DNA from: a virus
IMG/VR virus record: IMGVR_UViG_3300049460_000123
Location: 1-64,000 of that record
DNA length: 64,000 bases
Strand: one strand, 5' to 3'
Position 1 is the first letter of the stretch. Each line of letters starts with the position of its first letter. The notes under the pieces are model-generated. The model did no database searches, was not told where the DNA came from, and saw only the letters and a program-made list of their open reading frames with translations. Of the stretch, positions 55,259 to 63,449 are shown one piece after another. The position numbers were made by a program, and so were the translations under genes.

Positions 55259-58200
55259 TCAGACTAGCTCGAGTGCCTTGGCGAGGGTGTCCGCCTTCTT
55301 CACCGCCGCCACGAACCGATCAAATGCCGCATTGATCTTTACCCGCTCGTCACCCTCCGGGTAAGGTTTCCACTGCACACCCGTCAGCGGATCGACATGG
55401 AATCGATTATCGGCGAGCGACGAAAGGTAGTCGTTCCGGCGGCCCTTGTCGGATAGACGATCCTCGACCCAGGACTGAAACGCGCGCGCGGCCATCTCGT
55501 GCGTAAGTTGCCAGTACTCTTTCGAACCCGTGTCGAGCTTGCTGGCCTCGAACGCGAACGACGACATGCCTTTGCCCTGCTTCACCTCGACGGCGCCGCC
55601 TTCCGGGTTGCCGCCGAAGTGCGCCGCCGCGATCAGGCGCCAGATCTCGCGCGTGCTCTTGCGCTTCTTCGTCAGCGTCTTATCGTCCGGATAGACGGCG
55701 TCGATCGCCTTGAACGCGTCGTGCACCGTGCCGGCGTCGCGGATCGAGCGCGCGACCGCGTTCGGATACGTGCCGTTGAGGTTGCGCTGTGCCATTTTCA
55801 CATCCGATGCCGTGTACGAGATCAGCTCCGTGTGTTGGTGCGTCCCGTCGAGCATCGCGCTACGCAGTGCGATCGTTGCGTCACGCAGCTCGCCCGGCGG
55901 CAGAAGGTGCGGATTCTCCGTGATGAAGTCGTCTTGCCCGGCCGCGCCCATCCCCTCCGCTTCCTTCGCCATGTTGTCGAGCGCATGGAACCATTCGTGA
56001 GCCAGCGATCCGCCGCCGCCCATCTTGGTAAGGTTGATAACGCGCTGGATCGGCTCGTAGTGGGCTTTGGCCGCCCCACCTCCTGCCGCGCCATTGCCGC
56101 GCGCACCGAACGCCATAGCGAGGCGCCCATTGAGCGACACGTGCGCATCGTCGGCGCCCATCAGATCCGCCAGGTCAGCGAACGCGCCGGCCGTATGCTC
56201 CGTGTGGAACTTGGCCGACGCCACGTCGCGCAGCACCCAGTTACCCGACTGGACGTCGCGCAGGCCGAACATGTCTTTGAGCGCCATCGTCGAATCAGGC
56301 ACGACGGACCGGCCGCCGACGCGCTCGAACGAGTCCGCGACCTTGAGCTGGAACCGTGCCGACTCTTTCGAGATGCGCGGCGCCCGCTTCTGCTCTTTCT
56401 CCATCCAGTCCCAACCGATTTTGCCGACCTTCGCCGCCGCGACGTGATTGGCGAACGCGTCCGAGCCCTTGTACGACCGGTACTTGATCACGCCGACGAA
56501 ACGATCGCCCATCAGGTTCCACGCGCGATGCAGCGGATTTTCGGTCTGATTGCGGACCTTCGCCATCAACTTGAGCACCTCGCGCTTGCGGCCGAGCTCG
56601 CTGCGCGCGTCGTCGATCTCGTCACGGCGCGGTTTGTTGCCCTGAAGCGTGTCGCCCCAAAGTTTCGTTGCGGCCGCATCGACTTTCTCGAGATCGGCGA
56701 GCTTCTCGTCCAACTCCGGCTTTGGCGCCCACCCGCGACGCTTGCGATTCTCGACCGCTTCCCGCGCGCGATACAACTCGACGCGGGTTTTCTGCATCTC
56801 GTTATAGAGCGCAGTGTTGCCGGCATCGATCTCCCGGCTTTCATTCGCCAACGCCAGCGATGCATTGCCGTGCACCTGGTATTGCTCCGACTCCTCAGCC
56901 GTCAGAATGGCGCCCTCGAACTCCTCTCGCAGATTGTCGAGCACGCCCGTCACTTCGGCCGGCGTCTTGCATCCCTCGAGGCGATCGCGTAACGATTGCA
57001 GGCCGATCGCGTAATCCTGGCGAGCGCTCGGATTGTCAGCGCTGGGCTCTTGCCCGATAGCCGCATAGATGCGATCGACGAGGAACCCGGCGCCCGGCTC
57101 CATGCCGCCGGCGCGCAGCGCATCCCAATCGACGGTGCCGAACAGGTTCGACTTCGTGATCAGGCTTTTCGCCTCGCGCGGGTTCTGCTCGAGCGCGTCC
57201 CAGTCGATCGCCGTCGCGAACACCCGGGCGCCCTCTTTCTTGGCCCGCGTGATCACCTCGAGCGCCGCGCGTTCCTTACGGGATCCGCCAATGTGCCCGG
57301 TATCAGCATAGCGATAATTTTCACTGGACGGACGGTCGACCTCGACCGGCTCCTCGCGCGCCGCGACGCGTTCGGCGATCTTCGAGACTAGATCCTTCGC
57401 TTTCTCGCTATGCGGATCGCGCGCCAGCTCGTCGGCGAGATCCTCGCGGTCTTCGGCGAGCTCGACGTCGGGATTGGCCTGCGTAGCTTCGGCGGCCGGC
57501 GCGGGCGCCACGTCCACCGGATTCCCGTGCGACGACTTCGCCGGATCCTTTACGATCTCAACCGGAACCATCTGGCCGCCATGCATCACTACACGGCCGT
57601 CCGGATAGTTGCCCTTGTAATCTCGATGGACCTTTTTCCATTCGTCCATCGTCATCCGGATCACCTTCTTAGGTGCCTTCGCAGCTTCGTCGGCAGCGCG
57701 CCGTGCATCATCGGCAGCTTGCGCCTGCTTACGCATGCGATCCGCCGTCAACCGATCCTGGAACTGACGATCAACCTCGACGATCTTTTGACGCAACCGA
57801 TCGACGGCAGATGCGTATTGCATCAGCTTGAAGTGATTGACCTGCTTTTCGATATCCTCCAGTAACCGACTTGCGTCGATGCCGTTGCCAGCGTCGAGAC
57901 GCTCCTCAAGCGTAGCAATACCCTTCTCGATATCCGCACGCGGCGCCGCGTATTCGTCGTAAGCCTGCTTGTAGATATAGCCGAAGTCATACCAGACGCC
58001 GTCGACCTTGGCCTCGCGCTTGTCGTGCGAGATACCATCGATCTTGCCGGCGCGCATCGGGAAAGTGCCGGCCACCTTGACCGACTCGCCGCGCTCGAAT
58101 TTCACAGGCGACAGCTTGTCGTCTATCACACGCTGCACAGTGAATGCATTCCGCGAGTTGTCATCCTCCTCGTTCGCACGATGCCAACGACCGTCGCGCA

Positions 58201-60241
58201 GCACATACTCGACGCCGTGCTCCGTCTTCGTATCGCCGTCTTTCGGCCCTTGCTCGACCGGCGCGGCCACAGCCTCCGCCGGTTTCGTTACCACCAGCAA
58301 GCGCGCGTTGGCGCCGGTTTGTGACGGCAGATCCGAACCCTTGAACGTGTTTTCCGGCAGCTTCTCGACGTCGGCGCCGTGCTCATCGAGCCACGAACGG
58401 AACGCCGTCGCGCGCTGATCGGATCCGAAGAAAACACCCTCGCCGGCGATCGCGACCAGCTTGCCGCCCGGCTTGAGCATGTCGTATGCGCGCATGATAT
58501 GCGCCGCGTCCTTGCGATCGGAGAACGGCGGATTCATGATCACCGCGTCGTACTGCTTGCCCGGCTCGAACGTGTCGAAGTCGTGCGCCGCGATGTTGTG
58601 CCCCTTCGCGCTCAGCACATTGCGCAGCGTGTCGGATATCTCGATCGCGTCGACCGTTGCGCCCGCATCGCGCGCCGCGTCCGCGAGGTGCCCATTGCCG
58701 GCTGACGGCTCGAGCACAGACATACCCGGCTTGACGCCCGCCATCTCCGCCATCTTGGCCGCGAGCGGCTTCGGAGTCGGGAAGAAATCGATGCCGACCT
58801 TTTTGCCGACCAGCGCGCGTTCAGCCGCCTTGATCGGATCCTCTTTTTTCACGCCGTCACGGAACACCAGGTATTCGGCGAGCGCGAGGCGCAACTCGTG
58901 ATCATTCGTGATACCGATGCGCGCCAGGCGGTCGACCTTCTTGATCTGCTCGTCATTCCACCAGCCGAGACCCGATCGAATGTCTTTCTCATCAAGGTAT
59001 TTTTTAAGATCTTTGACCATCGCGCCATCCGGGCCGCTCGACGCGCGCAGGCGTTCGATCAGCGGCTTGGCCCCGCGCTTGCCCTGCAGCTTCTCGATCA
59101 GACGCGGCTTGTCGGCGCCACCAGTGCCCCACGACGGCCGGTAGATTTTCGCGTTGCGGATATCGTCCGGCGTCGGCGCGCGGCCCTTGGCTCGTTGCTG
59201 ATCGACATAGGACAGGTCACGATCCGTCGCATACATTGCATTGCGCACGGACTCATCAAGCGATTCGACAGCCGCGCGCGTGCTGATGCCCTTCAGATGC
59301 TTCGCCTCGCCCGCCTCGATCGCGTCCGCAAGATTGATCATCGTGCCGGCGATCGCGAGCCGCTTGCTTGCATCCGCCTCCGCCCCGGCCGCCATGCGTG
59401 CACGGCGCGCGGTATTGGCGAGGCGATCGCGGCCGAGATTCTCGTTAGCCTGATCTGCCAACTTCGCACCAGCCGCGCGCAGCTTGGCCGCCTGCTCTTT
59501 CGACTTGTCGACGACGGGCGCCGGCGCCACTTCATCAGTCTTCTCAGCCGGCTTGGTGAACATGACGCGCGGAGCGGCCGCCGGCGTGGCGCCGTCGAGA
59601 TGCTTCTCGCGAATGAACCAGCCGCCGTCCTTTTTGAACGTGTACGCGTCGATCGCCTTCGCCTGGTCGTGCGTCAGATCCGTGCGCACGACGCCGCGCA
59701 GGACTTTGCCCTTGCCGGTCGTGTGCTCGACGATATCGTGCGCGGACGGAGCCGGCTTTTCCTCCGCCACCTGCGTCTCCGCCTCGACCGGCTCTTTCTC
59801 TGCCGGCGCGGCCGCTTCCTTCGCAGCTTCGATTACCGGCTCCGCTTCTTTCGCCGGCATGGGTTCCGGTTCTGGCGTGCGCAGATCGCCGACATGCATG
59901 CCCAGCCGCTCGACGACGGACGCCGCTGTAATGTCATCGATATGCGCCATCGCGTCGATCAGCTTCGCGCGCTGCTCCGGCCGCATCTCCATCAGCGTCG
60001 AGCGCATGCGTGCCGGGCCGCCGTGCTTGGCGAGGAACTTGTCCAGCTTGGGAGACTGCTTAGCGGCCTTTGGCGCTTCAGGAGCGGGGCCGAACAAGTG
60101 CCCCTGCTCGTGAGGCTTCATCGCAACGTGCGCAGTGCGCATGTGCGGTTTGACGTACGTGCCGTCCTTCCGGTACGAGCCGGCGACGTGCACCGGCATA
60201 CCGAACAGCGGGAGCTGCGACTTGCGAAGAATGAAGATCAT
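55259..60241 (-). CDS. Large polyvalent protein: N6-adenine methyltransferase plus HExxH/LPD1-like domain (DarA/DarB-like)
   Basis: FFPTP, LEPSAGNG, NPPF; LAHEWFHALD; YW...EMAARAF...YPEGDER. Confidence 0.85.
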   Translation of the reverse strand: MIFILRKSQLPLFGMPVHVAGSYRKDGTYVKPHMRTAHVAMKPHEQGHLFGPAPEAPKAAKQSPKLDKFLAKHGGPARMRSTLMEMRPEQRAKLIDAMAHIDDITAASVVERLGMHVGDLRTPEPEPMPAKEAEPVIEAAKEAAAPAEKEPVEAETQVAEEKPAPSAHDIVEHTTGKGKVLRGVVRTDLTHDQAKAIDAYTFKKDGGWFIREKHLDGATPAAAPRVMFTKPAEKTDEVAPAPVVDKSKEQAAKLRAAGAKLADQANENLGRDRLANTARRARMAAGAEADASKRLAIAGTMINLADAIEAGEAKHLKGISTRAAVESLDESVRNAMYATDRDLSYVDQQRAKGRAPTPDDIRNAKIYRPSWGTGGADKPRLIEKLQGKRGAKPLIERLRASSGPDGAMVKDLKKYLDEKDIRSGLGWWNDEQIKKVDRLARIGITNDHELRLALAEYLVFRDGVKKEDPIKAAERALVGKKVGIDFFPTPKPLAAKMAEMAGVKPGMSVLEPSAGNGHLADAARDAGATVDAIEISDTLRNVLSAKGHNIAAHDFDTFEPGKQYDAVIMNPPFSDRKDAAHIMRAYDMLKPGGKLVAIAGEGVFFGSDQRATAFRSWLDEHGADVEKLPENTFKGSDLPSQTGANARLLVVTKPAEAVAAPVEQGPKDGDTKTEHGVEYVLRDGRWHRANEEDDNSRNAFTVQRVIDDKLSPVKFERGESVKVAGTFPMRAGKIDGISHDKREAKVDGVWYDFGYIYKQAYDEYAAPRADIEKGIATLEERLDAGNGIDASRLLEDIEKQVNHFKLMQYASAVDRLRQKIVEVDRQFQDRLTADRMRKQAQAADDARRAADEAAKAPKKVIRMTMDEWKKVHRDYKGNYPDGRVVMHGGQMVPVEIVKDPAKSSHGNPVDVAPAPAAEATQANPDVELAEDREDLADELARDPHSEKAKDLVSKIAERVAAREEPVEVDRPSSENYRYADTGHIGGSRKERAALEVITRAKKEGARVFATAIDWDALEQNPREAKSLITKSNLFGTVDWDALRAGGMEPGAGFLVDRIYAAIGQEPSADNPSARQDYAIGLQSLRDRLEGCKTPAEVTGVLDNLREEFEGAILTAEESEQYQVHGNASLALANESREIDAGNTALYNEMQKTRVELYRAREAVENRKRRGWAPKPELDEKLADLEKVDAAATKLWGDTLQGNKPRRDEIDDARSELGRKREVLKLMAKVRNQTENPLHRAWNLMGDRFVGVIKYRSYKGSDAFANHVAAAKVGKIGWDWMEKEQKRAPRISKESARFQLKVADSFERVGGRSVVPDSTMALKDMFGLRDVQSGNWVLRDVASAKFHTEHTAGAFADLADLMGADDAHVSLNGRLAMAFGARGNGAAGGGAAKAHYEPIQRVINLTKMGGGGSLAHEWFHALDNMAKEAEGMGAAGQDDFITENPHLLPPGELRDATIALRSAMLDGTHQHTELISYTASDVKMAQRNLNGTYPNAVARSIRDAGTVHDAFKAIDAVYPDDKTLTKKRKSTREIWRLIAAAHFGGNPEGGAVEVKQGKGMSSFAFEASKLDTGSKEYWQLTHEMAARAFQSWVEDRLSDKGRRNDYLSSLADNRFHVDPLTGVQWKPYPEGDERVKINAAFDRFVAAVKKADTLAKALELV

Positions 60242-60267
60242 GGGGAGCCTATAAGGAGCATCCCCAT

Positions 60268-60283
60268 ATGATCAAGTCACGAC
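60268..60283 (-). promoter_or_regulatory. GTCGTGAC-class promoter with 7-codon leader ORF
   Basis: GTCGTGAC-TT-GATCAT-N6-ATG(60261); MLLIGSP* overlaps ATG 60241. Confidence 0.75.
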
Positions 60284-61051
60284 CAAAGCCTTATAGAATA
60301 GGACGCGCAGCGATTTGATCATCGCCGGCTTTTCCTTAGTAGCCCGAGCTTTTTTTATGAATTCCGCGACCGGCATTGCAACGATGCCACCGAAGAATCG
60401 CGGATCGTCGTAATGCGCGAGGTATGCCTTTTTTGCCGCTTCCATCGAGGCAAATCCGAGGAAACACTTGTCCTCGTCGTACTTGCTCCAATCCTTTCGC
60501 GTCATCTGGCGAACGATGTAGACCTCCGGCGCCGACTCGTCCGGACCCATGTAGACGTCGACCGGATCCCCATCGACGCCCTCAGTGCCGGCGATCTCGC
60601 CATAGGCGTACTCGAACACGGTCCGCCACTTCGCGCCGGTCTCGTCGACGCCCTCGCGTACGGTTCCCGCCGGATTCTCGATATTGATGTCGAGCCCGTT
60701 CCACTTCATGCGCAGTTTTTTGTAGTTGCCGGCCGCCGCCTGCGCGGGAGTCGGTTTTTTCCAGCCGTCAGCGCGCTCAGACTTGACCATCCATAAATCG
60801 CCGTCCTGGCGTGCAGTGCCGCGCAGATCATCCCATGAGAACGACTGCTGGCTGTCGGCAAACTGCACCGTGATATAGGCACCGTCGACCGTCGCCTTGA
60901 CGTTCGATATCTTGCCCGTCGCCGGACCTTTGTCCGTATGGCGATCGCTCTCGAATTCGATCCGTTGGCCGATATCGGGCCATCCATCCGGCGCACGCCG
61001 TTTTCGCAGCGCCTCGAGGCGCTTCGCGTAATCAGCTTTAATCAGCAGCAT
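60272..61051 (-). CDS. Inorganic pyrophosphatase-domain polyvalent protein
   Basis: AGNYKK, IENPAG, YGEIAGTEGVDGDPVDVY, DEDKCFLGF. Confidence 0.8.
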   Translation of the reverse strand: MLLIKADYAKRLEALRKRRAPDGWPDIGQRIEFESDRHTDKGPATGKISNVKATVDGAYITVQFADSQQSFSWDDLRGTARQDGDLWMVKSERADGWKKPTPAQAAAGNYKKLRMKWNGLDINIENPAGTVREGVDETGAKWRTVFEYAYGEIAGTEGVDGDPVDVYMGPDESAPEVYIVRQMTRKDWSKYDEDKCFLGFASMEAAKKAYLAHYDDPRFFGGIVAMPVAEFIKKARATKEKPAMIKSLRVLFYKALVVT

Positions 61052-62198
61052 TCGAATTTCCCAGTACGCTACGTAGGTAATCGCCGAACGCCTTGTCATC
61101 GCCCGGCTCGTCTTGAATGGTCGGAACCCATCGGCCCCGGCAATGCGGATGCTGCGCGCCGGCGGCAATCCAGTACATCTCCTCCGGCTCGCGATGCACG
61201 AGGATGGTCCCGACGCGCTTACGCGGCGCATTGGATCGCCCCATGTTCGTTTTGCCCGGCCAAATCTGCGTCATGCCGTCCTTGTCAGGCGCATCCGGCG
61301 AGACAACCTCGACGATCGTGCCATCGATCTTTCGGCACCACGAACACGCATTGCGGTATTGCTCGACGCGCCTCAGCTTGGATCCGACTGGCATGCTCGA
61401 GACATAGCCCTGATTCTGGTTCTCAGTCGTCTCCGTCTCAGCGATGCGCCGCCAGTCGCGATTGAGCGTCGCAAACTCGTCGTGCAACGTCGTTTGTAAC
61501 GAGTGGCGCGGGCCGGGCGTGCCGAGGAACGTCTGTCCCGTGTGCTCGAGCACCACCTGGCGCATGCGATGCCGCGCGTTATCGGCGAGGCGCTGGACGT
61601 TCTCCACGCCGCGCACGCGTGCATAGTCGAGAATGATCGACTGCACCGGCGACATGGTGAACGCCGCGCGCGCCGCGCTCACGGTCGACGGCAGCGCCTC
61701 GAGCAGCGTATCAGCCTGCTTGGCCGTCAGGCTTTCCATGTTCGCCTGCACGCGCCCCATGAACGTCGAGCGCACGGCGAGCCATTCCGCTTCGGTGCGC
61801 ATGTCACTGGCGGGCAAATAGCGTTGCGCCAGGTAGTCGACGACCATCATCCAGTCGTCGAGCGTGAATTCCGCCGGCGGAAGCGATTCGAGGTAGAGCT
61901 TGACGAGCGACAGCTCGGACGCCGACCAGCGCTGCATGTACCCATCCGGCCGCGCCACGCGCGAGCCTGCGTGATGCTTCTCGCCGGCGAGCCACTGCTC
62001 GAGCTCCTTGCGGAACCCGTCGAGGCGCATCAGTCCGCGACGCGTGAACAACTCCACTAGGCGGCGCACGAACGGATTTTCGTGCTCCGACCAGATCGAA
62101 TCGTCATCGTCATGGCTGTGGATCGCCTTGTAGATGGTGTTTAGGGCGCGGTCTGACTGTTGCTCCGTCAATTCGCCGATATCGAGTAGTAGGGTCAT
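61038..62198 (-). CDS. Head morphogenesis protein (MuF/SPP1 gp7-like)
   Basis: RDWRRIAETE, ACSWC, HPHCRGRW. Confidence 0.85.
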   Translation of the reverse strand: MTLLLDIGELTEQQSDRALNTIYKAIHSHDDDDSIWSEHENPFVRRLVELFTRRGLMRLDGFRKELEQWLAGEKHHAGSRVARPDGYMQRWSASELSLVKLYLESLPPAEFTLDDWMMVVDYLAQRYLPASDMRTEAEWLAVRSTFMGRVQANMESLTAKQADTLLEALPSTVSAARAAFTMSPVQSIILDYARVRGVENVQRLADNARHRMRQVVLEHTGQTFLGTPGPRHSLQTTLHDEFATLNRDWRRIAETETTENQNQGYVSSMPVGSKLRRVEQYRNACSWCRKIDGTIVEVVSPDAPDKDGMTQIWPGKTNMGRSNAPRKRVGTILVHREPEEMYWIAAGAQHPHCRGRWVPTIQDEPGDDKAFGDYLRSVLGNSNAAD

Positions 62199-62204
62199 TT
62201 CATC

Positions 62205-62220
62205 ATCCTGCCGTCACGAC
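62205..62220 (-). promoter_or_regulatory. GTCGTGAC-class promoter, leaderless
   Basis: GTCGTGAC-GG-CAGGAT-N6-ATG(62198). Confidence 0.8.
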
Positions 62221-62236
62221 AAAATCACGCACAGAC

Positions 62237-62256
62237 TTACTCATTTTTGATACACT
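62237..62256 (+). promoter_or_regulatory. 18-bp operator TTACTCATTTTTGATACA overlapping extended -10 TGnTACACT
   Basis: Identical to the reverse complement of 20042-20059. Confidence 0.75.
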
Positions 62257-62290
62257 CCGCTTTCTCGAAATTTCTCAAATACCGACGGTC

Positions 62291-62746
62291 ATGCAGAAAA
62301 CGCCAGTGCCCCGCGCGAAGAAAGTCACGAACGCCATGCAGCTAGCCGGAGCCCGTCCGGCATTGCGCGCGATCGAATCAATCATGGCGACATGGAATAG
62401 CCCGAGCGGCCCGGAGGCGGATCCGCAGGACATCGTCGGTCTGCAAGGGTTCTTTCTCGGATATGATCGAGTGTGCAAAAACTCCGGCGTGCCGTTTGAC
62501 GCGTCGATCGCCGACGAGATCCTCGATCGGATGCACCATGACAAGCCCGTATCGCGCGCCGACATTCACACGCTGCACGTCGAGGCGCACAAGCTACTGC
62601 GCGCCGCTCGATCGGTACGCAGCATCGACATCTGGCTTGAAAGCCTGCAGGACATGGAGATCTACTGTCACGTGCACGGCTGGCAATGGAAGGGAATCGG
62701 GAGAGCTCCGGCAGGTTTCTCCGCCGGAGTGCAGATCGCCGCGTAG
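62291..62746 (+). CDS. Hypothetical protein, operator-controlled, opposite to head genes
   Basis: ORF track; own promoter and operator. Confidence 0.7.
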   Translation: MQKTPVPRAKKVTNAMQLAGARPALRAIESIMATWNSPSGPEADPQDIVGLQGFFLGYDRVCKNSGVPFDASIADEILDRMHHDKPVSRADIHTLHVEAHKLLRAARSVRSIDIWLESLQDMEIYCHVHGWQWKGIGRAPAGFSAGVQIAA

Positions 62747-62850
62747 CGTGCGGATACGGTCAGATCATCGCGGGAGATACGCTCACTCTGACTGCGGGTC
62801 GTTTTAGGCCGACGGTCCCGCGCACGGCGTCGCCCTCTCGCCAAGGAACA
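62747..62850 (-). ncRNA. Candidate structured ncRNA (three-way junction)
   Basis: Non-coding; stems CGTGCG/CGCACG, GTCAGA/TCTGAC, GCGGG/CCCGC; upstream promoter variant. Confidence 0.35.
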
Positions 62851-62855
62851 CTTTC

Positions 62856-62871
62856 AGTATGCAATCACGAC
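62856..62871 (-). promoter_or_regulatory. GTCGTGAC-class promoter variant (GTCGTGAT-TG-CATACT)
   Basis: One mismatch, good -10, no adjacent gene. Confidence 0.55.
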
Positions 62872-63449
62872 TCGTCTTTATGGCCGCCCTTTTCGTGCTT
62901 CGTGATCTCCGCCCAGTGAATTTGATGCACCCGCCCGCATGAGTCTTTCACGTGCGCGCCGGTTTTCCCCGTCTCGCCGACCACCTCGCCGGATCCAGTA
63001 AAGTCGCCCGCCTCAAAGTGCAGGCGATCGCCGGCCGCGACGTTGTGCGATCCGAATTCGCCCTTGGGTTCCTCCGGCTCGTCGCCCTTGGCCGCTTTGG
63101 CAAATAGCACGAGGCGATTGCCGCCGAACGCCTTTACGATCATCTTGTCCTCGCGCGCGTCCGGCGCCACAGTGATATAGCGCCGCATGCCGGCCGCGTC
63201 CTCGACGATCATCCCGTCTTCGCCCTGGTCGATCACGTTGTAATGCTGCGTCGCGCGCTTCTTGGCGCCCAGCACGTGTTTCCAGCCGACCTTATGCCGC
63301 TCGCCGTCACAATCCACCGTCGCACCGTGCTCGCCGTGCGCGACCACGCGGCCCGCGCGCGGCCCCTTCGCATGGTTGATGTAGACCTCGTCGCCAACGT
63401 CCACGCCCGGGTTCGTTACCGGCTTGTCCTTCTGCTTCGGTTCCATCAT
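62865..63449 (-). CDS. Hypothetical head-associated protein (two SH3/KOW-like beta domains)
   Basis: VGDEVY...GRVV and AGDRLHF...GEVV; follows portal. Confidence 0.7.
   Translation of the reverse strand: MMEPKQKDKPVTNPGVDVGDEVYINHAKGPRAGRVVAHGEHGATVDCDGERHKVGWKHVLGAKKRATQHYNVIDQGEDGMIVEDAAGMRRYITVAPDAREDKMIVKAFGGNRLVLFAKAAKGDEPEEPKGEFGSHNVAAGDRLHFEAGDFTGSGEVVGETGKTGAHVKDSCGRVHQIHWAEITKHEKGGHKDES

Noticed and set aside
62747-62850. tRNA or known self-cleaving ribozyme
   Set aside because: No T-loop/CCA cloverleaf and no hammerhead core seen; kept only as an unclassified ncRNA candidate
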